The translations under genes and the position numbers were made by a program. Positions 1 through 8,301 of a stretch of 32,000 nucleotides of DNA are shown in pieces (position 1 is the stretch's first letter; each line of letters begins with the position of its first letter). Origin of the DNA: Hafnia paralvei ATCC 29927 (GTDB lineage: Bacteria; Pseudomonadota; Gammaproteobacteria; Enterobacterales; Enterobacteriaceae); assembly GCF_001655005.1 (NCBI RefSeq), contig NZ_LXET01000064.1:20538-52537 (forward strand). Reading direction: 5' to 3'. Below the pieces are notes generated by a model, which saw only the letters and a list, made by a program, of their open reading frames with translations, did no database searches and was not told the DNA's origin.

Positions 1-2097
1 CGCGGGACTGCCGGTGAGTTCGATGTTTCCCTGCAGGACCATATCCTGTTTGGCCACCAATAACGCGCCGAGGATCATGCGGTCGTTTTGACTCGCCTGC
101 GGCGTGGCCATAATGATACGACCTTGCTGCATATAGCGTGTAAAGGCACGCTCGCCGTCAAGTAAATAGTGCTGAGTACCGCGCTCACTGCCCGCTTTGT
201 GCAATAAAGCCCCTTCCAATGCGACGAGATCAATACGTTCTCGTGCCTGCTGACTTCTTTCAAACTTAATGCCGTCAGGTTCGATCTCCGGTGCCGCCTC
301 ATCTACCGGTGTGTCATTTTCGCCTGTCGGTGTCTGTGCTTTCTTACTTACTGGCGGTTTCTGTTCATCTTGGTGCGGCGTGACCGTCGATATTTCCTGC
401 TCCTCGGTAGTCGGTGCCGACACCACGGGGGGAGATTCCTGAGTTAATAACGACGCGATTGATACGTGGTTCTCTTGTTCAACTGCCTCAGCGGTTTCAG
501 GTGCCGCTGGTAAAACATCACTCTCGATCGGAATAAGCGGCTCAGCGCTTGCACTCTCCTGCGAAACAGCGGTTGCCGTTGTCTGTTGCTGTGGGCTTTC
601 AGGTGTTTTAACTGTGCTGGCGTTACCTTTGTCGTCGCCGGTGGCAGGCTGATCTATTTTCTTGGCTCTGCGTGTTTTTTTCGGTGGTGTGACCGTAGGC
701 GTTTCAGGAGGCGAAACCGTCAGCTCTGGTGCTATTGGCGGCTCAGGCGTCGCCTGACCTCTGGCCATCCAGTCTTCATAGGCCTGCTGATTTTCTGCAT
801 CATATATCTGTTCGTTTTCGACGCCATTTACCTCTAGGTTTTCAACTTCATGCTGACCTACAGGTTCATTATTGACGCTCTCTGGTTCATTCATGGTAAC
901 AGTCTCAATCGGTTGTCGGGATGGCGGCGAGTCCGGTGTGGACTCGGGGAGCAAGCGTTGACGGTATGGGGCGAGCTCATCAATGAGCGCTGTGAGTCCG
1001 CGTGATTGATGGAGATCGTTAAAGTCAGTGAAGCCTTGTGCCTTTTCGGCGGGGGTCAATGCAGGCAGCACGGCAATCCCGCCAGTAAGCTCGGCGGCTT
1101 TCTCTGCCGCCTCTTTGCCGGGATTACCGGGACGTTTAGGCTTTGGTGGATCATCATCCCCAAGAAACAGCATTGGGCTGTCGGGGTATTTTTGATGGAG
1201 CTGCTCAGCAACTTTGACCAGATTTCCGGAATCGATGGTCATCACAACGGGCATTTTTAGCGCCATTGCGCCACTGGCGGCGGTGGCATATCCCTCAGCA
1301 CAGACAATGGGTTTGCCATTTTTTAGCGAGCCACCGACGACAAAAAAATTGCCACTTTTCTCTGCGTCTTTGGTCAGCCGCTTATTACCGTCTGCGTCTA
1401 TGGTCTGCATCGAGCGAATGACGCCGTCGATGTTTTGCAGGGGGATAAGCAATTTTTGCTTTTCGTCGATGTGTACGCCCTTTGCCACATCAACCCCTTT
1501 TTTCACCAAATAGGGATGCTTTTTGTCAGCTTGCTTATTCTTGCTATAGACGTAGCGCACATTGCTGGCTTTTTTATTCTGCAATACCCGTTTGGCTTCG
1601 GCACGGTCCCACTGGCTTTGTGCCGTCACCGCTTTGATATGCAGCGCCGCCGTAGGATCGGGTTCCTCACCGCTAAAGTACCAGGTGCTTTGGTTCTCGG
1701 TACCGCCATCCCTAAAATCGTTAAACCAGCCATTGGGTAGACCATCCAGATGTCCCACATAGGTACAGGATTTTTTACCGGGCTTGTCGTCGTTCATACG
1801 AATACGTTGCCTAGTACCGTCCATGACGAGCGGTTTAGACAGATCAGCTCCGTTTGCCCGTAAGAAATCGGCAAACTGAGTCTGCGCGTCCCCCGCGCTC
1901 ACGCCGACAATCAACGGATCGGGTTTCCACGGCTGGAGTGCTTTCATATCTGCACCGGGGATGGCGTACCAAAGCTTACGTTCGTCATCAAAGCGCAGTG
2001 CCGGTTTGTTATCCTCCAGTTTGCCTGCAGCCACACGAGCCTCATCTTTCTCGCTGTGGGGTACCGCCAGATAAGTACGCGAATGGGGCGTATTCAT
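1..2097 (-). CDS. Plasmid DNA primase (Sog / TraC-primase-like), N-terminal 699 codons; the ORF continues past the left edge
   Basis: Missing from the ORF track because its stop lies outside the window. I translated the reverse strand by hand from ATG 2097 (SD AAGGAG six nt upstream) and found 699 sense codons with no stop. It contains the plasmid-primase EGYATA motif (1279-1296) and the acidic TOPRIM motif LFLGDDD (about 1150-1170). It sits after traK, as sog does in R64. The plus-strand ORFs listed at 586-2342 are antisense shadows. Confidence 0.8.
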   Translation of the reverse strand, partial: MNTPHSRTYLAVPHSEKDEARVAAGKLEDNKPALRFDDERKLWYAIPGADMKALQPWKPDPLIVGVSAGDAQTQFADFLRANGADLSKPLVMDGTRQRIRMNDDKPGKKSCTYVGHLDGLPNGWFNDFRDGGTENQSTWYFSGEEPDPTAALHIKAVTAQSQWDRAEAKRVLQNKKASNVRYVYSKNKQADKKHPYLVKKGVDVAKGVHIDEKQKLLIPLQNIDGVIRSMQTIDADGNKRLTKDAEKSGNFFVVGGSLKNGKPIVCAEGYATAASGAMALKMPVVMTIDSGNLVKVAEQLHQKYPDSPMLFLGDDDPPKPKRPGNPGKEAAEKAAELTGGIAVLPALTPAEKAQGFTDFNDLHQSRGLTALIDELAPYRQRLLPESTPDSPPSRQPIETVTMNEPESVNNEPVGQHEVENLEVNGVENEQIYDAENQQAYEDWMARGQATPEPPIAPELTVSPPETPTVTPPKKTRRAKKIDQPATGDDKGNASTVKTPESPQQQTTATAVSQESASAEPLIPIESDVLPAAPETAEAVEQENHVSIASLLTQESPPVVSAPTTEEQEISTVTPHQDEQKPPVSKKAQTPTGENDTPVDEAAPEIEPDGIKFERSQQARERIDLVALEGALLHKAGSERGTQHYLLDGERAFTRYMQQGRIIMATPQASQNDRMILGALLVAKQDMVLQGNIELTGSPA

Positions 2098-2108
2098 CGT
2101 TATCTCCT

Positions 2109-2402
2109 TTAATCAAAGAATTTCCGATACCACCAAGGTCGGCCATTAAGTCGATGACCGCGAAGCAGGTGGAAGATACGTTGGCTAAGCACGGTTATCG
2201 TGAAGCCAAAATGTGCCAGAACGGCGTAAAAGACGATGAGCCCGACGCAGAAGATGAACATCTTTGTGGAGGGCCACTTAAACCAGAGAGCAAACACCAG
2301 CCATGCCAGCGCCGGAATACCAAAAATACATACCGGCGGTGAAGCATCACGGCCGGGGTGATAATCATTGGCCATGTTGTTGACTCCGTTGATTGAATTC
2401 AT
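2109..2402 (-). CDS. traK: Small inner-membrane protein, TraK / IcmT-like (the start could also be ATG 2375)
   Basis: About 90-97 aa with two hydrophobic segments and a C-terminal ...RGHRLNGRPWWYRKFF, resembling the IcmT/TraK tail. It lies between the DotB-like ATPase gene and the primase gene. Confidence 0.55.
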   Translation of the reverse strand: MNSINGVNNMANDYHPGRDASPPVCIFGIPALAWLVFALWFKWPSTKMFIFCVGLIVFYAVLAHFGFTITVLSQRIFHLLRGHRLNGRPWWYRKFFD

Positions 2403-3534
2403 GAGTTCCGATATAGCTGCGCGCCGTCTCTTCGGTTACCGCCTCTTCCTGATACATTTTCCAAACATGATCGCTAATGCGCGCCTCCCGATGGGTTAGG
2501 TCGCGATTGAGCAACGTTGGCCATTGGGTGTAGTCGTGCTTGCGCAATGACTCACGCAGTTCATCATCAAACAGCACGTATTCTTGTACGGCGCGGCGCT
2601 TGCCATCGGTCGTTGGCACTAAACGCTGCATCACGATAAACCTCATCAACTCCAGCATGTCGTGGGCCAAGGGTTCGCGATTCTCTGCGGGAAGCATACG
2701 CACGCTACGTGAGAACGCATGACCCGGCGAAAACGCATGTTCGGTGCCTAAACAAAGATGGCCAGACAGCGCCGCACTCACCATGCCTTCAACCGTTTCA
2801 CCGTCGCGAACTTCGCCAATACCGATAACGGTCGGTGCCTGTCGCATTGATAGCCTGAGTCCCTCAGCAAAACTCGGCACATCACGACCGACTTCACACT
2901 GCTGTGGCTGAAGCAACCAGTTAGGTCCCCCCAATAGACCCTCGACCGGATCTTCATAGGTGGTGACTTTACAATTGGGGTTGGTTTCACCGTGGTGTTG
3001 GTAAACGGAGGTCAGTACCGTGGTTTTTCCCGAACCGGTTGGACCGACAACGAGGCCAACACCTTCCACCGGAAGATTAGCGAGCGCCTGATACAGTGGG
3101 GCGGGAAGCCCTAGTGTGTTTAATCTTAGATGGTCGTTATTGATAATACGTAGGGTAACTGCCACGGCGGTGTTAATACCGCGTATGGTGGATTGAACGA
3201 AGTTGGCGCGAAATCGAATGCGCTCGCCGCGCTCAAGTCCGAACCGTTGCTGGCTGTCCCCTTCGAGTTGCAATGCAGCATCGTCGCCTTTACCGCTTTG
3301 AATGCGCGCTTTAATGGTTGGGTTAAAGAGAAAATCAATGAGCATGAGTAGCGACGAGTGATCGAGCAAGAAGGATGAGGCTCGGATCAGTCGTCCATGT
3401 AAGCCGATGATGAGCGGTCCATTGGACTGCAAATGAATATCGGATACGCCGTTCCGATAGCAATGGACAAAGAAGGCTCGAAAGATATCCGGCGTTAATC
3501 CCTTGGAAAAATCAAATTTATCCACGTCTATCAT
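2365..3534 (-). CDS. traJ: PilT/DotB-family secretion ATPase (TraJ-like), 389 aa
   Basis: Walker A motif GPTGSGKTT and overall PilT-like hexameric ATPase architecture. I trimmed the start to ATG 3534 (MIDVDKF...), which forms an ATGA overlap with the stop of the upstream gene. Confidence 0.85.
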   Translation of the reverse strand: MIDVDKFDFSKGLTPDIFRAFFVHCYRNGVSDIHLQSNGPLIIGLHGRLIRASSFLLDHSSLLMLIDFLFNPTIKARIQSGKGDDAALQLEGDSQQRFGLERGERIRFRANFVQSTIRGINTAVAVTLRIINNDHLRLNTLGLPAPLYQALANLPVEGVGLVVGPTGSGKTTVLTSVYQHHGETNPNCKVTTYEDPVEGLLGGPNWLLQPQQCEVGRDVPSFAEGLRLSMRQAPTVIGIGEVRDGETVEGMVSAALSGHLCLGTEHAFSPGHAFSRSVRMLPAENREPLAHDMLELMRFIVMQRLVPTTDGKRRAVQEYVLFDDELRESLRKHDYTQWPTLLNRDLTHREARISDHVWKMYQEEAVTEETARSYIGTHEFNQRSQQHGQ

Positions 3535-4355
3535 GGTGTAGCCCTTGTTTGGATAACCGGTTTCCACTGCTTTTTATCCAGTTCAAAGCCGGCACGTTGT
3601 TTTAGGTCACGCACTTTGTCGCCGAGCATCAACTCTTCACGCGTACCGCTGACAGTCTGTTGCTGTTCGGTTACCACAGGCGGAGTCACCATCTTTTGTT
3701 TGACTAACAGCGAATAGCGCATCATGCCGGTGTAATCACGTGTCAGACGGTTGAAGTTAGCCGCCAGCGTGTCATCAGCGCTTTGTCTGCCTTCCTCCCA
3801 GCCCTTCTTAATGGCGTTTTGCCAGACATTGCGCTCTGCACGGTTGCGAGGGATCACCGTGTCGGTAGGCGATGATTTGACGGATAAACCAGCAAAGAGA
3901 TATTGGCGCCAGCTCGGCGGATTACTGACAAAGCGCTCAGGCACCAGAATGTTGTAAACGTGATTGGCAGTACGCATCTGCTTGTCGGTAATGGTGGCCA
4001 GAGACGTCGCCTCGGCAATCACGGGAGGTAGCCAGCCTTGACGATTAATCAAGGGTGAAAACAGATACGTTGTATCGAGCTGGCTCGCACGTTGTTCTAA
4101 TGACTGACGTAGCTCCCATGCCCGCTGAGCTTTGCCGCCGCGAAAGCCTTCGGTTTTCCCCGCCTCAGTCAGCATCTGGTAGACCGTGTCGTTGACGCCA
4201 TCATGGTCATCGGCTTCAGGACTGAGATAAGCCGACATCGAGGGCGGCGCAGGCATATCGGTAGGTGGCGTCGCCGTGGCCGCCATGACCTTATTGAGCG
4301 GGTAAATGAGCGTCAAAAGGATGACGCTCACCGCACGAATACGGGACTTTGTCAT
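3531..4355 (-). CDS. traI: Periplasmic/outer-membrane transfer protein, TraI / DotC-like
   Basis: 274 aa with an N-terminal signal peptide (MTKSRIRAVSVILLTLIYPLNKVMA). Its size and its position between the DotD-like and DotB-like genes match the R64 traH-traI-traJ order. Confidence 0.55.
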   Translation of the reverse strand: MTKSRIRAVSVILLTLIYPLNKVMAATATPPTDMPAPPSMSAYLSPEADDHDGVNDTVYQMLTEAGKTEGFRGGKAQRAWELRQSLEQRASQLDTTYLFSPLINRQGWLPPVIAEATSLATITDKQMRTANHVYNILVPERFVSNPPSWRQYLFAGLSVKSSPTDTVIPRNRAERNVWQNAIKKGWEEGRQSADDTLAANFNRLTRDYTGMMRYSLLVKQKMVTPPVVTEQQQTVSGTREELMLGDKVRDLKQRAGFELDKKQWKPVIQTRATP

Positions 4356-4801
4356 GACAGTTTCCCCTTAAGCGGCGGCATAAATCCAACTTCGAACGCG
4401 TCGGCCTGTTGCGTGACGGTCGCGCGCCAGCTGATTTGGGTTCGGATAAGGCGCAGAAGCGTTTCAAAACTGACGTCTCGCTCATGGATAGTGACGGGGA
4501 GCGGTAAGCGCACGCCGGAATAGCGCAGGGTAATGCCGCGTTGATGGGCTAACTGAGACAGCAGCTCAAGGGCATCACCATCCCAATCTACCGAAACGCG
4601 TTGTGAATTGGCCGTAATACGACCGGGGAGCAACCAACCCTCTTCAGTCAGTGTCAATGCAAGACGCTGTTGCTCTTGTTTGAAAGCGATTTGAGCGGGC
4701 GTGGGTGTCAGGATGGAAGACGTCGAGGTTGAAGCTGGGGCGTACTGGCAGCCAGACAGCAGGAATGGCACCAGTATCCCGATAAGGATAGGTCTTTTCA
4801 T
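4352..4801 (-). CDS. traH: Lipoprotein, TraH / DotD-like
   Basis: 149 aa with the lipobox FLLSGC. It has a 4-nt overlap with the next gene. The position is equivalent to R64 traH (a DotD homologue). Confidence 0.55.
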   Translation of the reverse strand: MKRPILIGILVPFLLSGCQYAPASTSTSSILTPTPAQIAFKQEQQRLALTLTEEGWLLPGRITANSQRVSVDWDGDALELLSQLAHQRGITLRYSGVRLPLPVTIHERDVSFETLLRLIRTQISWRATVTQQADAFEVGFMPPLKGKLS

Positions 4802-4831
4802 GAGCTTGCCTTAAATGAAGTAGAAGAGGGG

Positions 4832-6202
4832 TTAACCCGCTTTGACGATATAATTGAACGCGACGTTTTTAGGCCGGACTTCCTGTCCCTTCGAGCGATA
4901 ATAGTGCTCCATTCCGCTGTGATGCCCCTTCAGTCTCCCGCCCGTATTCAAGAACATGTCACTTTGATCTGCTTGATAACTCAGCAGAGCACGTCTGGCA
5001 TCGAAGCCACGTCCGTTATCCCAACCGCGAATGAACACACCGCGTAAGTCAGGTAGTACGCAGCTCGGATAGACGCGCGCGAGTTGAGGGTTAGAACCAC
5101 AGGCGAAGCTTTGGCCTGCCATAAGGAAATAGCCTGTCGGCGGCGTAGTCGACGGCCACGGGATAGGGCTGCCAATAGGATAACTGTCGCCGATTGAGCT
5201 CCACACGCGATCCTTACAGATAAGCGGTGCGCCCGCCGCATCATGGCTTATTGCGCCCGTGGCAGGACATGTCGAACCTATCAGGCTGACTTTATCGAGT
5301 TTTAAAATGCCGCCTGCCGATAAGTCTCCCTCAGAGCGAACTTGGCCGCCTCTGAGTTCCCCGCCGGTGTAAATACCCTTGTTGTTCAGGCTGCGAACCC
5401 AACTGCTATCGGACATATAAAACCCACCGCCGTGAGTTTCATTCATCCAACCTTTGCTACCTTGTGTGGTTATCCAACCCCCAGTGCTTTTGATATCACC
5501 GCTAAAGGTCGCGTTTTGACCCGATACCGTTCCTGCTTTATTTAAGTTATTACCATCCATGTCGATAGCCGTATGCATACGGTTAAAGTCGGGATGGCCG
5601 TTGACTGCGTAGCGATAAAGCCTGTCATTACCCTGACCAGATGTGCCCAGCAGGTCTGACGGAATGAAGGTGACCAGCGCGCCTTGCTTACTGCTCATGC
5701 CATAGTCCGCGAGACTCATTTTCCACCCACCGCCTGCCCCTATCGCCTGATTGTCAGGCCAGACATAGCCCCCCAGTCCGGAGATATTGCTGGAAATATG
5801 GCGCAGCGCGCCAAAATCCCACGGCGTTCCGCCGGTGGTCATCACAAAGGCCTGCAGCTGGCTGGCTATTTTTGGGTTGCTGACCACCGCAATAAGATAG
5901 TTTTGGTGGTGATCGTTAGCCCCCAATCCTGCGGGAAGATAGCCGCCGTTTTTGAGCGTAGTGATGTTGATATAAACAGGTTGTTTGGGCTTAACCTGAG
6001 TGGCGAGCGTATCGATATGGTCGCTGATGTAGCGGCGGGCAGCCAGCTGAACAGCATTAAATTGGCTGGCAGTGACGTCCCATGTTCGCTCTGATAGCTG
6101 CTGTGCAATCATCTTAACCCCTCGGGGAGCCGCCATCATCCCGAGCCCTAAAACCAGTGCGAGCGCTATCAGTTGCGCATTACCTTGGTTGATTCTTTTC
6201 AT
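4832..6202 (-). CDS. pilV: Thin-pilus tip adhesin PilV (prepilin-like N-terminus, shufflon-type constant region, single fixed C-terminal domain)
   Basis: It has a prepilin-like leader and hydrophobic helix (MKRINQGNAQLIALALVLGLGMMAA). It is 456 aa and is the last pil gene. The C-terminal part, ...PIGSPIPWPSTTPPTGYFLMAGQSF...LPDLRGVFIRGWDNGRGFD..., looks like a phage tail-collar motif. Confidence 0.8.
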   Translation of the reverse strand: MKRINQGNAQLIALALVLGLGMMAAPRGVKMIAQQLSERTWDVTASQFNAVQLAARRYISDHIDTLATQVKPKQPVYINITTLKNGGYLPAGLGANDHHQNYLIAVVSNPKIASQLQAFVMTTGGTPWDFGALRHISSNISGLGGYVWPDNQAIGAGGGWKMSLADYGMSSKQGALVTFIPSDLLGTSGQGNDRLYRYAVNGHPDFNRMHTAIDMDGNNLNKAGTVSGQNATFSGDIKSTGGWITTQGSKGWMNETHGGGFYMSDSSWVRSLNNKGIYTGGELRGGQVRSEGDLSAGGILKLDKVSLIGSTCPATGAISHDAAGAPLICKDRVWSSIGDSYPIGSPIPWPSTTPPTGYFLMAGQSFACGSNPQLARVYPSCVLPDLRGVFIRGWDNGRGFDARRALLSYQADQSDMFLNTGGRLKGHHSGMEHYYRSKGQEVRPKNVAFNYIVKAG

Positions 6203-6582
6203 TTCGACCTCCCTGCTGAATAGAGTACAAGTTCGTTCTGACCCAAAAACCCATCATCAGGTAAGCATGCATTTTCGGCTTTACTGTGTGTTTTTGAACG
6301 CGCGAAACGTACACCATTGATGATGACGTTTATCTCTTTCAAAGGTGAGCTGGCTAGCTGGCCGATATATTCGCCACACAGACGTTGATGAACACTTTTG
6401 AACGTTAATATCGATTCATTGGTGTTGAGGTTGTAGATGCTTTCTACATGTAGGTTGTTCAAATTACTGAGTAGCTCATCTTTTTGAAGATTGAGTAGGT
6501 AATAATTAGCGATAGAGCCCACGCCAAGACCCAGCGTGAAGCCGACCAACAACACAAAGAGAGGCGGCGGTAAGTGCTTCAT
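6199..6582 (-). CDS. Hypothetical N-terminally anchored (bitopic) protein, 127 aa, between pilU and pilV
   Basis: I trimmed the start to ATG 6582 (MKHLPPPLFVLLVGFTLGLGVGS...). There are ATGA stop/start overlaps at both ends (6579-6582 with pilU, 6199-6202 with pilV). It has one TM helix and two Cys in the soluble part. Confidence 0.6.
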   Translation of the reverse strand: MKHLPPPLFVLLVGFTLGLGVGSIANYYLLNLQKDELLSNLNNLHVESIYNLNTNESILTFKSVHQRLCGEYIGQLASSPLKEINVIINGVRFARSKTHSKAENACLPDDGFLGQNELVLYSAGRSK

Positions 6583-7190
6583 TTTGGGGTGAACTCCACA
6601 ATAAAGAGGCCGGTCAGTAATGACAGGCACAAATAGGGGGCGAGTGGCTGTGGGCTTTTATTGAGACTCATCGGCAAAAGCATGAGCAAAAATGCGCCGC
6701 CACAGCTGTACAGTGCGGTCGCGGGAGAGAGCCACGCAAAAAGGCCTGCAATAAGATGAACATCCCCCAAGCCTAAAACTTCACGTCGGTGGTAGCGTTT
6801 GAGGCCCCACCATAGTGTTCCCATCAGACAGAACATGAGGGTGCTACCAAGGACAGCCGATAGCAGCGATAAGTCGTGCTCAATGGACAGTAACTGCGTG
6901 AGCAGACCAATACACCAGAAGGCGTTGGTGAAACGTAACGGCAGCCAGTGTCGAAAGGTATCGAGCCACAGCAGTGGAAGTAGGGCGGTGAACATGAGCA
7001 GCGCGGAGAATTTCTCCTGATAGGTGAGAAATAGGCCGAGCATCAAAAAGACCAGCGATACAGCGTCGGACAGACGGTCGGGCAATGGGGGCGCGTCATG
7101 TTCACGCAAAAATGCGTTAACTTGCCTCCTTTGCAAATAGAGACAAAAACACAACAACGAGAGAGTGACTATTCCTGACAGCAGGCTCAT
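6579..7190 (-). CDS. pilU: Type IV prepilin peptidase (A24 family, no methyltransferase domain)
   Basis: A polytopic membrane protein of 203 aa with the GLGDVHLIAG motif, which matches the peptidase GxGDxKL box. It is in the R64 pilU position. Confidence 0.8.
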   Translation of the reverse strand: MSLLSGIVTLSLLCFCLYLQRRQVNAFLREHDAPPLPDRLSDAVSLVFLMLGLFLTYQEKFSALLMFTALLPLLWLDTFRHWLPLRFTNAFWCIGLLTQLLSIEHDLSLLSAVLGSTLMFCLMGTLWWGLKRYHRREVLGLGDVHLIAGLFAWLSPATALYSCGGAFLLMLLPMSLNKSPQPLAPYLCLSLLTGLFIVEFTPK

Positions 7191-7660
7191 CCAACCCCCC
7201 GTAACCGCTGGTAGATTGTGTATACTTGCCGCGCATAGCGCTGTCTGATGGGAGAATTTTTGTCCCTGAATCCTGCGTTATACGAGCCCAAACAATCCCA
7301 CGTAATACCACAGACCTGAAAATGCCTCGCCAGCACCCAAGCGCCCGCCTGAACATTTAGGCAAGCATTGCTGAGTAGCTCTTGATGGCTGCTAATGATC
7401 CCCATCGATATGAGTCGGTTCGCGTTCGCATCATTGATTTGCATCAGCCCATAGTCGCGACTGGTTGCTTTTCCTTGTTTGTCTCGGTTAACGCCGACAG
7501 CTTTGGGATTCAGTGAGCTTTCTTGAATCGCAATGGCCCTCAGCAATAGGGGATCGATGTGATAACGCTGTCCCGCCTCAGTAAAACACCAGGCATGAGC
7601 CTGAGCCGTTAGACCCAGACTCAATACCAGCAGGAGGAGCGTATTGCGTAAGACAGCCAT
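7187..7660 (-). CDS. pilT: Periplasmic lytic transglycosylase (SLT domain)
   Basis: It has a signal peptide ending AQAHA, the catalytic-Glu motif AIAIQESSLNP, and YGLMQIN. It overlaps pilU by 4 nt. Confidence 0.85.
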   Translation of the reverse strand: MAVLRNTLLLLVLSLGLTAQAHAWCFTEAGQRYHIDPLLLRAIAIQESSLNPKAVGVNRDKQGKATSRDYGLMQINDANANRLISMGIISSHQELLSNACLNVQAGAWVLARHFQVCGITWDCLGSYNAGFRDKNSPIRQRYARQVYTIYQRLRGVG

Positions 7661-7675
7661 GCCTCCTCCTATCCC

Positions 7676-8272
7676 TTAGTTGTTGGTGGTGAACGCCAGC
7701 GTGTTTTGCCCGGTACTCCCGCTGTTAGCGGTGCACTGTTTACCTGCGTTAGCGGCAGATACGGTGCCGTTGTTTGCGGTGCCGTTAATCGACGTGGTGA
7801 TAATGCTTGGGGCGCTGCTCATGGATGTGGCGAGCTGTGTACAGGCTTCATACGGAATACCGTTGTAAGTCAGCGTAAAGGCTGATTTTGCTGAACCGCT
7901 GCTGGTCGCAGGAGCCAGCGTGACGGTACCGCCAAAGGAATTTCTTAATGTGGCAGTGCCTGACGTTTTGTTGCCATCAATCTTCATTCCCCCGGGTGCG
8001 CCGCCAAACTGGATAAGCGTACCGGTCATATCCGCTGCGCCGCTGAAATCATAAATCCCGTCAGTTTTCAGTCGCGCTCGGGCGTTAGTGATAATGCTCG
8101 TCCCGTTGCTGTACTCGGCTTGGACGTTATTGGAATCAGAGATACCCGACCCAAATTTGATGACGCTGATGACCATAACGGCGACAACAGCGAGTGTGAT
8201 GACCAGCGCCAATAAGTTGGCCTCGCCACGGTGAACAGACGCAGGGCATCGGGATAACGTGATGTTGTCCAT
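7676..8272 (-). CDS. pilS: Type IVb major prepilin
   Basis: 198 aa with a long leader followed by the hydrophobic helix ANLLALVITLAVVAVMVISV and a Gly/Thr/Ser-rich C-terminal part. It is in the R64 pilS position. Confidence 0.7.
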   Translation of the reverse strand: MDNITLSRCPASVHRGEANLLALVITLAVVAVMVISVIKFGSGISDSNNVQAEYSNGTSIITNARARLKTDGIYDFSGAADMTGTLIQFGGAPGGMKIDGNKTSGTATLRNSFGGTVTLAPATSSGSAKSAFTLTYNGIPYEACTQLATSMSSAPSIITTSINGTANNGTVSAANAGKQCTANSGSTGQNTLAFTTNN

Positions 8273-8301
8273 AAAGGTTCCTTGTTTTTGATTGGATTAA
8301 G

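Noticed and set aside
75-302. Minus-strand 75-aa ORF
   Set aside because: It is out of frame with the primase ORF that spans the same DNA, and it has no start context.
586-2342. A chain of overlapping plus-strand ORFs (83-162 aa) listed in the track across the left 2.3 kb
   Set aside because: They fall in different frames and have Arg/Cys/Pro-rich, low-plausibility sequences. They lie antisense to an uninterrupted 699-codon minus-strand frame with clear primase motifs, so they are shadow ORFs.
4802-5300. Shufflon (19-bp sfx inverted repeats, silent pilV C-terminal segments, rci)
   Set aside because: I looked for repeated inverted segments and a tyrosine recombinase downstream of pilV. Only 30 bp separate pilV from traH, and no repeat set is visible. 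From memory of the sfx consensus (GTGCCAATCCGGT...), only a weak single resemblance exists near the PIPWP codons (about 5150-5170). That is not enough to call a site.
5684-6094. Plus-strand 136-aa ORF and other antisense ORFs inside the pil, tra and pco genes (for example 13432-13746, 14881-15801, 9512-10070, 27086-27463, 29320-29856)
   Set aside because: Each overlaps a longer opposite-strand gene that has recognisable motifs and operon coupling. This is typical antisense ORF noise in DNA above 50% G+C.
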